Source of the DNA: Candidatus Geohabitans tengchongensis | GTDB lineage: Bacteria > Sysuimicrobiota > Sysuimicrobiia > Sysuimicrobiales > Humicultoraceae | DNA: 64,000 nt | NCBI GenBank assembly: GCA_031459625.1 | Contig: JAVKIH010000004.1 | Location: 10,588 to 74,587 of the forward strand | Direction: 5' to 3' | Shown: positions 39,381 through 48,981 of the stretch, in pieces | Numbering within the stretch: position 1 is the first letter of the stretch | Layout of the letters: every line of letters begins with the position of its first letter | Program-made: the position numbers and the translations under genes | Notes under the pieces: generated by a model | The model's input: the letters and a program-made list of their open reading frames with translations, nothing else | Databases searched by the model: none | What the model was told of the DNA's origin: nothing

Positions 39381-41513
39381 ATGCCCACGACCGACGGGGC
39401 CGCGGCGACGCGGCGGATCACCATCGACGACCTGCTGCGGCTGCGCTGGGTGAGCGACCCGGCGGTGGCGCCCGACGGGACGGCGGTGGCCTTCACGCTG
39501 ACCCGCATCGAGACCCCGTCGCCGCCCGCGGACGGCGGCAGGCCCGAGCCCCCCGACTACGTCTCGCACCTCTACCTGGTCCACCCCGGCGGGTGCGAGG
39601 CGGTGCCCTTCACCCAGGGGCGGCAGCGCGACCACACGCCGCGCTGGTCGCCGGACGGCAGCCGCATCGCCTTCCTGTCGGACCGTCCCACGGGCACTCC
39701 GCCGCCCGGCAGCCGGCGGCCGCGCCACCTCTGGGTGATCCCCGCGACGGGCGGCGAGGCGCGCCGCGTCACCGCGGCCGACTACGATCCCCAGGATCCG
39801 GTGTGGGCGCCGGACGGGCAGGCGCTGGCCTTCGTCGGCAAGGTCCCCTGCGCTGAAGAGCCGCGCAGCGCCGTGCGGGTCATCACCCGCCTGCGCTACA
39901 AGATGGACGGCGAGGGGTTCTGGGACGGACGCTACCGCCAGATCTTTGTGGTGCCGGCGGACGGCGGGGAGGCGCGTGCCGTCACCGGCGGCGACTACGA
40001 CCACCGCGACCCGGCGTGGTCGCCCGACGGGCGGTGGCTGGCCTTCGTGGCCAACCGCTCGCCAGACGTCGACCTCACCAACGTCACCGACGTGTGGGTG
40101 GTGCCGGCCGCGGGTGGGGAGCCGCGGCGCCTCACCCCGTCGCTGGGGCCGTGCGCGCTGCCCGCCTGGTCGCCCGACGGCCGCCGCATCGCCTACATCG
40201 GCCACGACAACAGCCACATGACGGCGACGAGCCCGCAGCTGTGGGTGGTGGAGGTGGCGGGCGGCCCGCCCCGCAACCTCACCGGCCCGCTGGACCGCTA
40301 CGTCGGCCACCACATCCTCACCGACATGCGGGCCCACCCCGTCCCCGGCCGCCCGGTATGGTCCCCCGACGGCCGCTTCCTTTTCTGCCTGATCGGGCTC
40401 GGCCCCACCTGCCAGGTGGCCGCCGTCTCCCTGGAGGACGGCGTCGTGCACTTCCTCACCGAGGGCGACCACGAGATCTTCCAGTACGCCCTCGACCCGG
40501 CGTGCCGACAGCTCGTCGTGGCGCTCTCCGACGTCGTGACGCCCGGCGACCTCTGGCTGGCCGACCTGGGTACGGTGGACGGGGCGGCGCGGCCGGCCCG
40601 CGCCTCCTGGCGGCGCCTCACCGACGTCAACCGCCAGGTGCTGGCGGACGTGGCGCTGAGCCGTCCGGAGCGGTTCGAGTACGAGGGCGCCGACGGCTGG
40701 CGTGTGGAGGGGTGGGTGTTGCCGCCCGTGGAGCGCCAGCCCGGCCGCCGCTACCCCACCATCCTGCAGATCCACGGCGGCCCGCACGCCGCCTACGGGT
40801 ACGGGTTCTTCCACGAGTTCCAGGTGCTGGCCGCCGAAGGGTTCGCGGTGGTCTACACCAACCCGCGCGGCAGCCAGGGCTACGGCCAGACCTTCGCCGC
40901 GGCCACCCGGCACGACTGGGGCGGCAAGGACTACGAGGACATCATGCGGGGCGTGGACGCCGCCCTGGCCCGCTTCCCCTACCTCGACCCGGAGCGCCTG
41001 GGCGTGGCGGGGGGCTCCTACGGTGGCTTCATGACGAACTGGATCATCGGCCACACCGACCGCTTCAAGGCCGCGGTGACGATGCGCTCCATCGCCAACC
41101 ACACCAGCCAGTGGGGGACGAGCGACCTGGCCTACATGAAGGGGATGTGGGAGTTCCCCGGCGACCTGTGGGAGGCGCCGACCTTCTACTGGGAGCGCTC
41201 GCCGCTGGCCTACGTCGACCGCATCACCACGCCGCTGCTCATCCTCCACGCCGAGGAGGACTACCGCTGCCCCATCGGCGAGGCGGAGCAGCTCTTCGCC
41301 GCCCTGAAGAAGCAGGGGAAGGCGGTCGTCTTCGTCCGCTTCCCCGAGGAGAGCCACGACCTCACGCGCAAGGGCAAGCCCCACCACCGCCTGGAGCACC
41401 TCCGGTGGGTCGTGCGCTGGTTCGCCGACCACCTGGGCCGCGAGCCGGTGCCCGCCCCGGTGCGCGAGCTGGCCGGGACGCCGGGGATGGAGGCGGGATC
41501 GGTACAGGGATGA
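39381..41513 (+). CDS. S9-family peptidase (acylaminoacyl/dipeptidyl aminopeptidase)
   Basis: WSPDG propeller repeats; IHGGPH, GGSYGG, EEDYRC and ESHDL catalytic motifs. Confidence 0.95.
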   Translation: MPTTDGAAATRRITIDDLLRLRWVSDPAVAPDGTAVAFTLTRIETPSPPADGGRPEPPDYVSHLYLVHPGGCEAVPFTQGRQRDHTPRWSPDGSRIAFLSDRPTGTPPPGSRRPRHLWVIPATGGEARRVTAADYDPQDPVWAPDGQALAFVGKVPCAEEPRSAVRVITRLRYKMDGEGFWDGRYRQIFVVPADGGEARAVTGGDYDHRDPAWSPDGRWLAFVANRSPDVDLTNVTDVWVVPAAGGEPRRLTPSLGPCALPAWSPDGRRIAYIGHDNSHMTATSPQLWVVEVAGGPPRNLTGPLDRYVGHHILTDMRAHPVPGRPVWSPDGRFLFCLIGLGPTCQVAAVSLEDGVVHFLTEGDHEIFQYALDPACRQLVVALSDVVTPGDLWLADLGTVDGAARPARASWRRLTDVNRQVLADVALSRPERFEYEGADGWRVEGWVLPPVERQPGRRYPTILQIHGGPHAAYGYGFFHEFQVLAAEGFAVVYTNPRGSQGYGQTFAAATRHDWGGKDYEDIMRGVDAALARFPYLDPERLGVAGGSYGGFMTNWIIGHTDRFKAAVTMRSIANHTSQWGTSDLAYMKGMWEFPGDLWEAPTFYWERSPLAYVDRITTPLLILHAEEDYRCPIGEAEQLFAALKKQGKAVVFVRFPEESHDLTRKGKPHHRLEHLRWVVRWFADHLGREPVPAPVRELAGTPGMEAGSVQG

Positions 41514-42067
41514 CCCGCCTCTACACCCGGACCGGGGACGCCGGCGAGACCGGCCTCATCGGCGGGCGCCGCGTCCCCAAGGACGACCCGCGGGTGGAGG
41601 CCTACGGTACGCTCGACGAGTTGAACTCCGCCATCGGCGCGGCGCGGGCCTTTCTCGGAGATGCCCCGCCCGCGGTGACGCGCGCGCTGGAGCAGGTGCA
41701 GCACCGCCTCTTCGCCCTGGGGGCGGAGATCGCCGCACCGGATCCGGCCGCCGCAGGCGTGCGCCCCTGCACGGCGGACGACGTCGGCGCGCTGGAGCAC
41801 CTGATCGACGCGGTGCAGGCGGAGCTGCCCGCGCTGCGGGTCTTCATCCTGCCCGGCGGGAGCCCGGCTGGCAGCCTGCTCCACGTGGCCCGCACCGTGG
41901 CCCGGCGGGCCGAACGGCGCGTCGTGGCCCTGGCGCGCGCGGAGCCCCTGAACCCGGAGGTCCTCCGCTACCTGAACCGCCTCTCCGACCTGCTCTTCGT
42001 GCTGGCCCGCGCCGTCAACCAGGCGGCGGGACGGCCGGAGACGCCCTGGGACAAGGACGCGGGCTAG
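41510..42067 (+). CDS. pduO: ATP:cob(I)alamin adenosyltransferase, PduO type
   Basis: YTRTGDAGETGL, YGTLDELNS, FILPGG, RTVARRAER and YLNRLSDLLF motifs. Confidence 0.95.
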   Translation: MTRLYTRTGDAGETGLIGGRRVPKDDPRVEAYGTLDELNSAIGAARAFLGDAPPAVTRALEQVQHRLFALGAEIAAPDPAAAGVRPCTADDVGALEHLIDAVQAELPALRVFILPGGSPAGSLLHVARTVARRAERRVVALARAEPLNPEVLRYLNRLSDLLFVLARAVNQAAGRPETPWDKDAG

Positions 42068-42158
42068 TATGCGCAGGCCGCCAGCGCGGCATCGACCGGG
42101 GCTCTCCACATCGGCCGCGCTTGTGGGATCTGGGGATCTCTTCCGTGACGCGCACCGG

Positions 42159-42216
42159 TTGACCGAACACGTGATGTAGCCTATCCTAAACATAGTCCGT
42201 AGCCTGGAGCTTACAT
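42159..42216 (+). promoter_or_regulatory. Promoter with two overlapping candidate operators
   Basis: TTGACC-17 nt-TATCCT; related sites TGTAGCCTATCCTAAACAT and CGTAGCCTGGAGCTTACAT cover the -10 and the RBS. Confidence 0.6.
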
Positions 42217-43280
42217 TGCGCGTCATCGACCTCACCGCCCAGAGCGCCCTGCACGTCCGCTTCGACCCCAGCCCCGTCTACGACTTCCTGGCGGCGCTGT
42301 ACCTGGTGCGCCACTGGACGCCGGAGCGCGGCTTCGACGTCGACCCGGCGTGGGTGCGCGCGGCCCGCCGCGCCCTGGGGCCACGGCTGATGGCGGACGC
42401 GGGACTCCTCCTGCCGCCGCGCAGCCCCGTGCTGGGGGTGCTGGCCGTCCTCGAGGAGACGCCGGGGCTGTCGGTGCGCGCGGCCCTGCGGCGCCTGCGG
42501 CAGCTCTCCCCGCCGTCCCTGGTGGAGCGGATGCTGGGCGGGCCTACCGCCGTGCGCCCGCTGCTGCCGCCGTTGCGCCAGGCCATCCAGGGCGACCGCG
42601 CCGCGCTGGAGGCGGTGGTGGCCGCCTTCCCCCGGGAGTACGACCCGGACGCGGTGCGCCGGCTGCTCGCCGCCGGCCCGGCGGCGGTGCACGCGCGGCT
42701 GCTGCGCCTCCTGCGCGCCTTCTACACGCGGGTCTACGCCCGGGAGGAGGCGCGCGTGGCGCCGCTGCTGGCCGCGGACGTGGCGGCGCGGCAGGCCCTC
42801 GCCGGCGTGCTGGCCCCGGCCGACCTGGTGGAGCGGGTGACGGGCGGTTTCGTCATCGCGCCGGGGACGGGGATCGCCCAGGTGCTGCTGGCGCCCACCT
42901 ACTTTTTCCGCCCGTACAACCTCCTCACCGAGTACCACGGGGTGCGCGTCTTCATCTACCCCATCGAGCTCCCCGACGGCCGCGAGCGGGAGGCCCGCCC
43001 GCCGCAGGAGCTGGTGCGGCTGTACAAGGCGCTGGCCGACGAGACCCGCCTGCGCATCCTCCGCCTGCTCAGCGAGCGCGAGATGTACGTGCAGGAGATC
43101 GCCAACGCCCTCGGCGTCTCCCACGTCACCGCCCTGCACCACCTGGCCCAGCTGCGGGCCGCCCACCTGGTGCAGGCGGTGGAGCGGGACAACCTCCGCT
43201 ACTACCGCCTGCGGCCGGAGGCGGTGCGGGAGGCAGAGCGGCGCTGGTGGGACTTCCTGCACGCGGAGGCGGTGCAATGA
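42216..43280 (+). CDS. ArsR/SmtB-family regulator with a large N-terminal domain
   Basis: C-terminal KALADETRLRILRLL...QEIANALGVS...HHLAQLRAAHLV; TTG start after GGAG. Confidence 0.88.
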   Translation: MRVIDLTAQSALHVRFDPSPVYDFLAALYLVRHWTPERGFDVDPAWVRAARRALGPRLMADAGLLLPPRSPVLGVLAVLEETPGLSVRAALRRLRQLSPPSLVERMLGGPTAVRPLLPPLRQAIQGDRAALEAVVAAFPREYDPDAVRRLLAAGPAAVHARLLRLLRAFYTRVYAREEARVAPLLAADVAARQALAGVLAPADLVERVTGGFVIAPGTGIAQVLLAPTYFFRPYNLLTEYHGVRVFIYPIELPDGREREARPPQELVRLYKALADETRLRILRLLSEREMYVQEIANALGVSHVTALHHLAQLRAAHLVQAVERDNLRYYRLRPEAVREAERRWWDFLHAEAVQ

Positions 43281-43498
43281 CCGTGCCCCCGGGGCCTTCG
43301 CTGGAGCTGGAGGTGCTCACCGTCGAGCAGGCTGCCGAGTACCTGCAGATCCACCGGGCCACCCTCTACCGGTACATCCGCGAGGGACTGCTCCCCGCCG
43401 TGCGGCTGGGCAAGGTGTACCGCCTGCTGCGGTCGGACGTAGAGGCGTTCCTCCAGGCGCGCCGGGTGGGCGGGCCGGGAGCGGAGGCGCCCCGATGA
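43277..43498 (+). CDS. Small HTH_17 (excisionase/BldC-like) DNA-binding protein
   Basis: LTVEQAAEYLQIHRATLYRYIREGLLPAVRLGKVYRL; ATGA overlaps on both sides. Confidence 0.9.
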   Translation: MTVPPGPSLELEVLTVEQAAEYLQIHRATLYRYIREGLLPAVRLGKVYRLLRSDVEAFLQARRVGGPGAEAPR

Positions 43499-44775
43499 TC
43501 GCGCTGGCCCGCACGCGCACCTTCAGCGCCTTCCGCTGGCGCAACTTCCGCCTCTACTGGACGGGGGCGATCGTCTCCCTGGTGGGGACGTGGGCCCAGA
43601 GCACGGCGCAGGCCTACCTGGTGTGGGAGCTGACGCGCTCTCCGTTGGCCACGAGCCTGCCGATGTTCTTCTTCACGCTGCCGAGCACGTTCCTGGCCCT
43701 CCTGGGCGGGGTGGTGGCGGACCGGCTGGACCGCCGGCGCCTGCTGCTGGTCACGCAGGGGCTCTTCATGGTCTCCGCCGGCGTGCTCACGGCGCTGACC
43801 TGGCTCGGGGCGCTGCGGGTGGAGCACGTCTACCTGCTGGCGTTCGCGAACGGCGTGCTCATGGCGGTGGACGCGCCCACCCGCCACTCCCTCATCCCCC
43901 GGCTGGTCGCCCCCGAGGACGTGCCCAACGCCGTCGGCCTGAACTCGCTCGTGTGGAACGCCTCGCGCATCGTCGGGCCGCCCGTCGGCGGGCTCCTGTA
44001 CGCCGCCGCCGGGCCCGAGGCCGCCTTCCTCCTCAACACCGTGAGCTACGGGGCCATCCTCTACGCGCTGGCCATCATGGACGTCCCCGGTGAATCCAAC
44101 GGTGCGGTGCGCGCCACCGTCTGGTCGGACCTGCGCGCGGGGCTGACCTACGTCTGGGAGACGCGCCTGGTGCGCACGGTCATACTGGCCGTGGCGGTGA
44201 TGGGCACCTTCGGCTTCAGCTACCTGGTGCTCATGCCGGTGATGGCCTCCCGCGTGCTGGGCGGCGGGCCGGCCGAGAACGGCGTCCTGCTGGGGATGGT
44301 GGGCGTGGGCGCCACCCTCGGCGCCCTCACCGTGGCCCACCTGGGGCGGCCGGCCCAGCCGGGGCGCCGCCTGCTGGCCACGGGCACGGTGGCCGGTGCC
44401 GCCCTGGTGGGCTTCGCCTTCTCGCGGCTCTTCGCCCTCTCCGCGCTGTGCGCCCTGGCCACCGGGGCAGGGATCATCGCCTTCCTCTCCTCCGCCAACG
44501 CCACGGTGCAGCTCACCGCCCCGGATGCGCTCCGCGGGCGGGTGATGAGCGTCTACTCGTTGGCCCTCATCGGCAGCGGTCCCCTCAACAGCCTGCTCTC
44601 GGGCGCGCTGGGCGACCTGCTGGGCGCGCCCCGGGCGATCGCCCTCACCGGGCTCGTCATCGTGGTGGCCGTGGCGCTGCTGGTGCAGGCCCCGGGCGGC
44701 ATGGCCGCTACGCCCGCACCGACCTCCGCCCGGCCGGACCCGCGAGACCGGGCCCCCTCCCACCCCGCCGCCTGA
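43495..44775 (+). CDS. MFS transporter
   Basis: RNFRLYW, GGVVADRLDRRRLL and LRGRVMS motifs. Confidence 0.92.
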   Translation: MIALARTRTFSAFRWRNFRLYWTGAIVSLVGTWAQSTAQAYLVWELTRSPLATSLPMFFFTLPSTFLALLGGVVADRLDRRRLLLVTQGLFMVSAGVLTALTWLGALRVEHVYLLAFANGVLMAVDAPTRHSLIPRLVAPEDVPNAVGLNSLVWNASRIVGPPVGGLLYAAAGPEAAFLLNTVSYGAILYALAIMDVPGESNGAVRATVWSDLRAGLTYVWETRLVRTVILAVAVMGTFGFSYLVLMPVMASRVLGGGPAENGVLLGMVGVGATLGALTVAHLGRPAQPGRRLLATGTVAGAALVGFAFSRLFALSALCALATGAGIIAFLSSANATVQLTAPDALRGRVMSVYSLALIGSGPLNSLLSGALGDLLGAPRAIALTGLVIVVAVALLVQAPGGMAATPAPTSARPDPRDRAPSHPAA

Positions 44776-44870
44776 CCCCCGGGTCCCGGGGAGCCTCCCT
44801 GACCCCACCGGTCGGGGCAGGAGGAGTTCCGCCGCCTCCCGCCGAAAGCCTCCGTGCCCGGCGAAAAATC

Positions 44871-44891
44871 TGACAGGTGAATCACTTGTCA
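44871..44891. promoter_or_regulatory. Candidate TetR operator
   Basis: TGACAGGTGA-A-TCACTTGTCA, a 21-bp palindrome with one mismatch at the TetR start. Confidence 0.75.
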
Positions 44892-45563
44892 CATTCTCTC
44901 CGACCTTTCCGTCGAGGTCCCGGGGCGCCGCCGCCGCAGGCGCGGGGTCGGCGGACGCGCCAGCGCCTGCTGGCGGCCGCCGAGGCGGCCTTCGGTAGCC
45001 GGGGGTACTTCGCCGCGTCGGTGGCCGACATCACGCGACGCGCCCGGGTAGCCCAGGGCACCTTCTACCTGTACTTCCCCAGCAAGCGGGCCATCTTCGA
45101 AGAGCTCGTGCGCCAGCTCAGCCACGACCTGCGCCGCACCATCCAGCAGCGGGTGGCGGGGCTGACTGATCGGCGCCAGGTCGAGCGGGAGGGCTTCCTG
45201 GCGTTCTTCCACTTCATCCGGCGACACCGGGCCATGTACCGCATCATCCGCCAGGCCGAACTGGTCCACCCGGCCATCTACCGCTGGTACTACCGGAGGA
45301 TCGCCGAGGGGTACGCCCGGGGCCTGCGCACCGCCATGGCGCAGGGGCAGATCCGGCCGCTCGACCCCGAGGTCCTGGCCTACTGCCTGATGGGCATCGG
45401 GGATTTCCTGGGGATGCGATGGGTCCTCTGGGAGCGGCGGGCGCCGCCCCCCCGGGTCGTGGAGGCGATGATGGCGTTCGTGCTGAGGGGAATGGACGCA
45501 TCTGCGCCCGGGCGATCCGCCGCCGGCGGGGTGCCCGGGCGCGCCGCCGCGCGCGCGCGATGA
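44877..45563 (+). CDS. TetR/AcrR-family regulator
   Basis: SVADITRRARVAQGTFYLYFPSK HTH; start uncertain. Confidence 0.92.
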   Translation: MNHLSHSLRPFRRGPGAPPPQARGRRTRQRLLAAAEAAFGSRGYFAASVADITRRARVAQGTFYLYFPSKRAIFEELVRQLSHDLRRTIQQRVAGLTDRRQVEREGFLAFFHFIRRHRAMYRIIRQAELVHPAIYRWYYRRIAEGYARGLRTAMAQGQIRPLDPEVLAYCLMGIGDFLGMRWVLWERRAPPPRVVEAMMAFVLRGMDASAPGRSAAGGVPGRAAARAR

Positions 45564-46555
45564 GCGAGGTCCGACTGACGGCGATCAACACGTACTTCCC
45601 GGCGGGATACCAGCCTGCCGCCGCCATTGCCGCCGCCAGCGGCATTCCCGAAGCGGTGATCACGGCTAAGTTCGGCCTGACCGGCAAGCACGTGGCCGGG
45701 ACCGACGAGCACGTCTCCGACCTGGCCATCCGGGCCGCTCGGCCCCTGGTGGACGGCCGGGGCGAGGTGGACGCGGTCATCTACTTCGGCAGCGCCCACA
45801 AGGACTACTACCTGTGGGCCGTGGCCCCGAAGATCCAGCACGCCCTGGGCCTCCACCGCGCCTTCGCCCTGGAGCTGATGGCGACCAGCGCGTGCGGTCC
45901 GATCGCCCTGAAGGTGGCACGGGACATGCTGCTGGCCGACCGGCGCCTGCGGGGGATCCTCCTGGTGGGCGCTTCGCGGGAGTCCTCCATCATCGACTAC
46001 CGCAATGGCCGCTCGCGGTTCGCCTTCACCTTCGCCGACGGGGCAGCGGCGGCCCTCCTCCGGCGCGGTCCGGGGGCGGGGCACCGCGTGCTGGCCTCGG
46101 CCATCCTGACCGACGGGGCGTTCGCCGACGACGTGATGGTCCCGGCCGGCGGGTCGGTGTTGCCGCCCTCCCACGAGACGGTGGAGCGGGGCCTGCACCA
46201 CCTCGACGTCCCGGACCCGCAGGGGATGAAGGCCCGCCTCGACCCGGTCTCCCTGGGCCGCTTCGTCGAGGTGGTCCGCCGGGCCCTGGAAGGGAGCGGG
46301 GCGGCGCTGGCCGACCTCGACTTCCTGGCCGTGCTCCATCTCAAGCGCTCCATGCACCGGGCGCTCCTCCAGGCGCTGGGGTTGGAGCCGCATCAGTCCG
46401 TCTACCTGGAGCGCTTCGGGCACATGTCCGCCATCGACCCCCTGGTGGCGCTGGCCGAAGGGGAGCGGCTGGGCCGGCTCCGGCCGGGCCACCTGGCGGT
46501 GGCGCTCAGTGCCGGGACGGGGTACACGTGGGCCGCGACGGCCATCCGGTGGTGA
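45560..46555 (+). CDS. KAS III (FabH)-like condensing enzyme or acyltransferase
   Basis: FADGAAA, PAGGS, VLHLK, FGHMSAID and SAGTGYTW motifs; nucleophile loop reads LELMATSACGPIAL. Confidence 0.85.
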   Translation: MSEVRLTAINTYFPAGYQPAAAIAAASGIPEAVITAKFGLTGKHVAGTDEHVSDLAIRAARPLVDGRGEVDAVIYFGSAHKDYYLWAVAPKIQHALGLHRAFALELMATSACGPIALKVARDMLLADRRLRGILLVGASRESSIIDYRNGRSRFAFTFADGAAAALLRRGPGAGHRVLASAILTDGAFADDVMVPAGGSVLPPSHETVERGLHHLDVPDPQGMKARLDPVSLGRFVEVVRRALEGSGAALADLDFLAVLHLKRSMHRALLQALGLEPHQSVYLERFGHMSAIDPLVALAEGERLGRLRPGHLAVALSAGTGYTWAATAIRW

Positions 46556-46560
46556 GGCCG

Positions 46561-48147
46561 ATGCAGGAGACACACGAGCACAGCGGCGGGCTCCAGGCCC
46601 CCCAGGGGTGGCCCGACTGGGGGATCTGGCACTGGCTGGAGCGGCGGCGGGACCTCTGTCCGCACAAGACGGCGATGGTGGACCGCGACCGGCGGGTTGC
46701 CTATGCCGAGCTGCAGGCCCGAGTCGCCGCCGTCGCCGGAGGGCTGCGCGGGCTCGGCATTCGACGGGGCGACCGCGTGGCCATCCTCTCCCTGAACCGA
46801 CTGGAGTACGTGGAGCTCCTCTTCGCCGCCGCCCGCCTAGGCGCCATGCTGGTGCCACTGAACTGGCGGCTCACCTCCCCTGAGCTGGCCTTCCAGGTGA
46901 GCGACAGCCGCCCCCGGGTGCTGGTCGTGGACCCGGCGCTCGCCGACCTGGCGGAGGCGCTGCGCCGCAGGCCGGAGGCCGCGGCGGTGGAGCAGGTGGT
47001 GTGCCTCCCCGACGTCTCCGGCACCGGCCAGGCGGGCTTGCCGGCGGCTGTGCCCTACGAGACGCTGCTCTCCGCCGGCCCTGCCGCGCCCGAAGGCGCG
47101 AGCGGCGACCCCCTGCTCATCCTCTACACCTCCGGCACCACCGGCCGGCCCAAGGGGGCGGTCCTGGTCCAGGCCACCCAGTTCTGGAACAGCGTGAACA
47201 TCGGCACGGCGCTCAGCCTGGTCGCCGGTGACGTCACCCTGAACGTCCTGCCCATGTTCCACAGCGGCGGCCTGGGGCTGCTCACCCTCCCCTCGCTGCA
47301 CCTGGGGGCGACCGCCGTGCTGCTGCCGCGGTTCGAGCCCGCGGCCGTCGTCCGGGCGCTGGCCGAAGAGCAGGTCACGGCGATGTTTGCCGTCCCGGCG
47401 ATCTACCAGGCCCTGCTGGAGGACGAAGGGTTCCGCCGGCTGGACCTCCGCCGGGTGCGGTTCTCCTGCGGCGGCGCGCCCTGTCCCCTGCGGGTGATCG
47501 AGGCCTTCCGCGAGCGCGGCGTGCTCTTCCAGCAGGGGTACGGGCTCACGGAGACCGCGCCCACGCTGACCCTCGTCCCGGCCGCCGACGCCTTCCGCAA
47601 GGCGGGGTCGGTGGGCAAGGCGGCGCTGCACGCCGAGCTGCGCGTCGTGGACGAGGAGGGCCGCGATGTCCCGCCGGGCGTGGTCGGGGAAGTCTGGGCC
47701 CGCGGGCCCAACCTCTTCGCCGGGTACTGGGACTGCCCGGAGGCGACCCGGGAGGTCTTCGTCGACGGCTGGTTCCGGACGGGCGACCTGGGCCGGCTGG
47801 ACGAGGAAGGGTTCCTCTACATCGTGGACCGGCGCAAGGACATGATCATCTCCGGTGGCGAGAACATCTACCCCGCCGAGGTGGAGGCGGTCCTCTACCA
47901 ACACCCGGCGGTCCTCGACGCCGCGGTCATCCCCTCGCCCCACCCCCGCTGGGGCGAGGTGCCGCTGGCGGTGGTGGTGCTGCGGCCCGGGCAGACCCTT
48001 ACCGCCGAGGAGCTGTTCACTTTCTGTACCCCGCACCTGGCCCGGTACAAGATCCCGCGGTCGCTCGTGGTGGTGGACGAGCTGCCGCGCAACGCCGCCG
48101 GCAAGGTGCTCAAGCGCGTGCTGCGCGAACGGTTCGCGGCGGGCTGA
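46561..48147 (+). CDS. Acyl-CoA synthetase (AMP-forming)
   Basis: YTSGTTGRPKG, GYGLTE, TGDLG, DRRKDMIISGGEN and GKV motifs. Confidence 0.95.
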   Translation: MQETHEHSGGLQAPQGWPDWGIWHWLERRRDLCPHKTAMVDRDRRVAYAELQARVAAVAGGLRGLGIRRGDRVAILSLNRLEYVELLFAAARLGAMLVPLNWRLTSPELAFQVSDSRPRVLVVDPALADLAEALRRRPEAAAVEQVVCLPDVSGTGQAGLPAAVPYETLLSAGPAAPEGASGDPLLILYTSGTTGRPKGAVLVQATQFWNSVNIGTALSLVAGDVTLNVLPMFHSGGLGLLTLPSLHLGATAVLLPRFEPAAVVRALAEEQVTAMFAVPAIYQALLEDEGFRRLDLRRVRFSCGGAPCPLRVIEAFRERGVLFQQGYGLTETAPTLTLVPAADAFRKAGSVGKAALHAELRVVDEEGRDVPPGVVGEVWARGPNLFAGYWDCPEATREVFVDGWFRTGDLGRLDEEGFLYIVDRRKDMIISGGENIYPAEVEAVLYQHPAVLDAAVIPSPHPRWGEVPLAVVVLRPGQTLTAEELFTFCTPHLARYKIPRSLVVVDELPRNAAGKVLKRVLRERFAAG

Positions 48148-48149
48148 CC

Positions 48150-48980
48150 GTGCCGTACGCCCACCTGAACGGCATCCGGCTCTACTACGAGGAGGAGGGG
48201 AGCGGCCCCCCGCTGCTCCTGCTGGAGGGCCTGGGCTATGCGCTGTGGATGTGGTTCCGCCAGCGGCCGGCCCTGCGCCAGCACTTCCGCCTCGTCCTGC
48301 CCGACACCCGTGGCGTCGGTCTCTCGGAGGCGCCCCCGGGCCCCTACACCATCGACCTCTTCGCCTCCGACGCGGTCGCCCTGCTGGACCACCTGGAGAT
48401 TCCCCGGGCGCACGTCCTGGGGGTCTCCATGGGAGGGATGGTCGCGATGGCACTGGCGCTGCACTACCCCGAACGCGTGGAGCGTCTCGTCCTGGTGAAC
48501 ACCACCGCCGGCGGCCCGGAGGCGGTGCCGATGCCGCCGGAGACGCTGCAGGCGCTCCTGGCGGCGCGCGCCCTGCCGCCGCGGGACGGGTTGCGCGCGG
48601 CCATGGCGCTCGCCTTCGCCACCGGGTACATGGCAGCGCACCCGGAGGAGGTCGAGCAGATCCTGGACTGGCGCCTCGCCCGTCCCCAGTCCCCCGAGGC
48701 GTGGGCGTGGCAGTTTCAGGCCGGCCAGGCCTTCGACCTCTCCGCGCACCTCCGCGAGATCCGCCACCCCACCCTGGTGGTGGCGGGCTCGGCGGACCGG
48801 GTCCTGCCGGTGGCCAACGCCGCCCTGCTGGCTGACCGGCTGCCGCACGCGCGGCTCCGGGTCTTCGAGGGCGGCGGGCATCTCGTCTTCATCGAGCAGG
48901 CCGAGGCCTTCAACCGGCTGGTCGTGGACTTCCTCCGGGGGGCGCCGGTGGAGGCGTCGCCGGCCGGGGAGGAGGGCTGA
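48150..48980 (+). CDS. Alpha/beta hydrolase
   Basis: GVSMGG, GSADRV and GGHL triad motifs. Confidence 0.92.
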   Translation: MPYAHLNGIRLYYEEEGSGPPLLLLEGLGYALWMWFRQRPALRQHFRLVLPDTRGVGLSEAPPGPYTIDLFASDAVALLDHLEIPRAHVLGVSMGGMVAMALALHYPERVERLVLVNTTAGGPEAVPMPPETLQALLAARALPPRDGLRAAMALAFATGYMAAHPEEVEQILDWRLARPQSPEAWAWQFQAGQAFDLSAHLREIRHPTLVVAGSADRVLPVANAALLADRLPHARLRVFEGGGHLVFIEQAEAFNRLVVDFLRGAPVEASPAGEEG

Positions 48981-48981
48981 C

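Noticed and set aside
43277..43498. Prophage or ICE signalled by an excisionase-like gene
   Set aside because: No integrase, phage or conjugation genes; the gene is embedded in a regulator-transporter operon.
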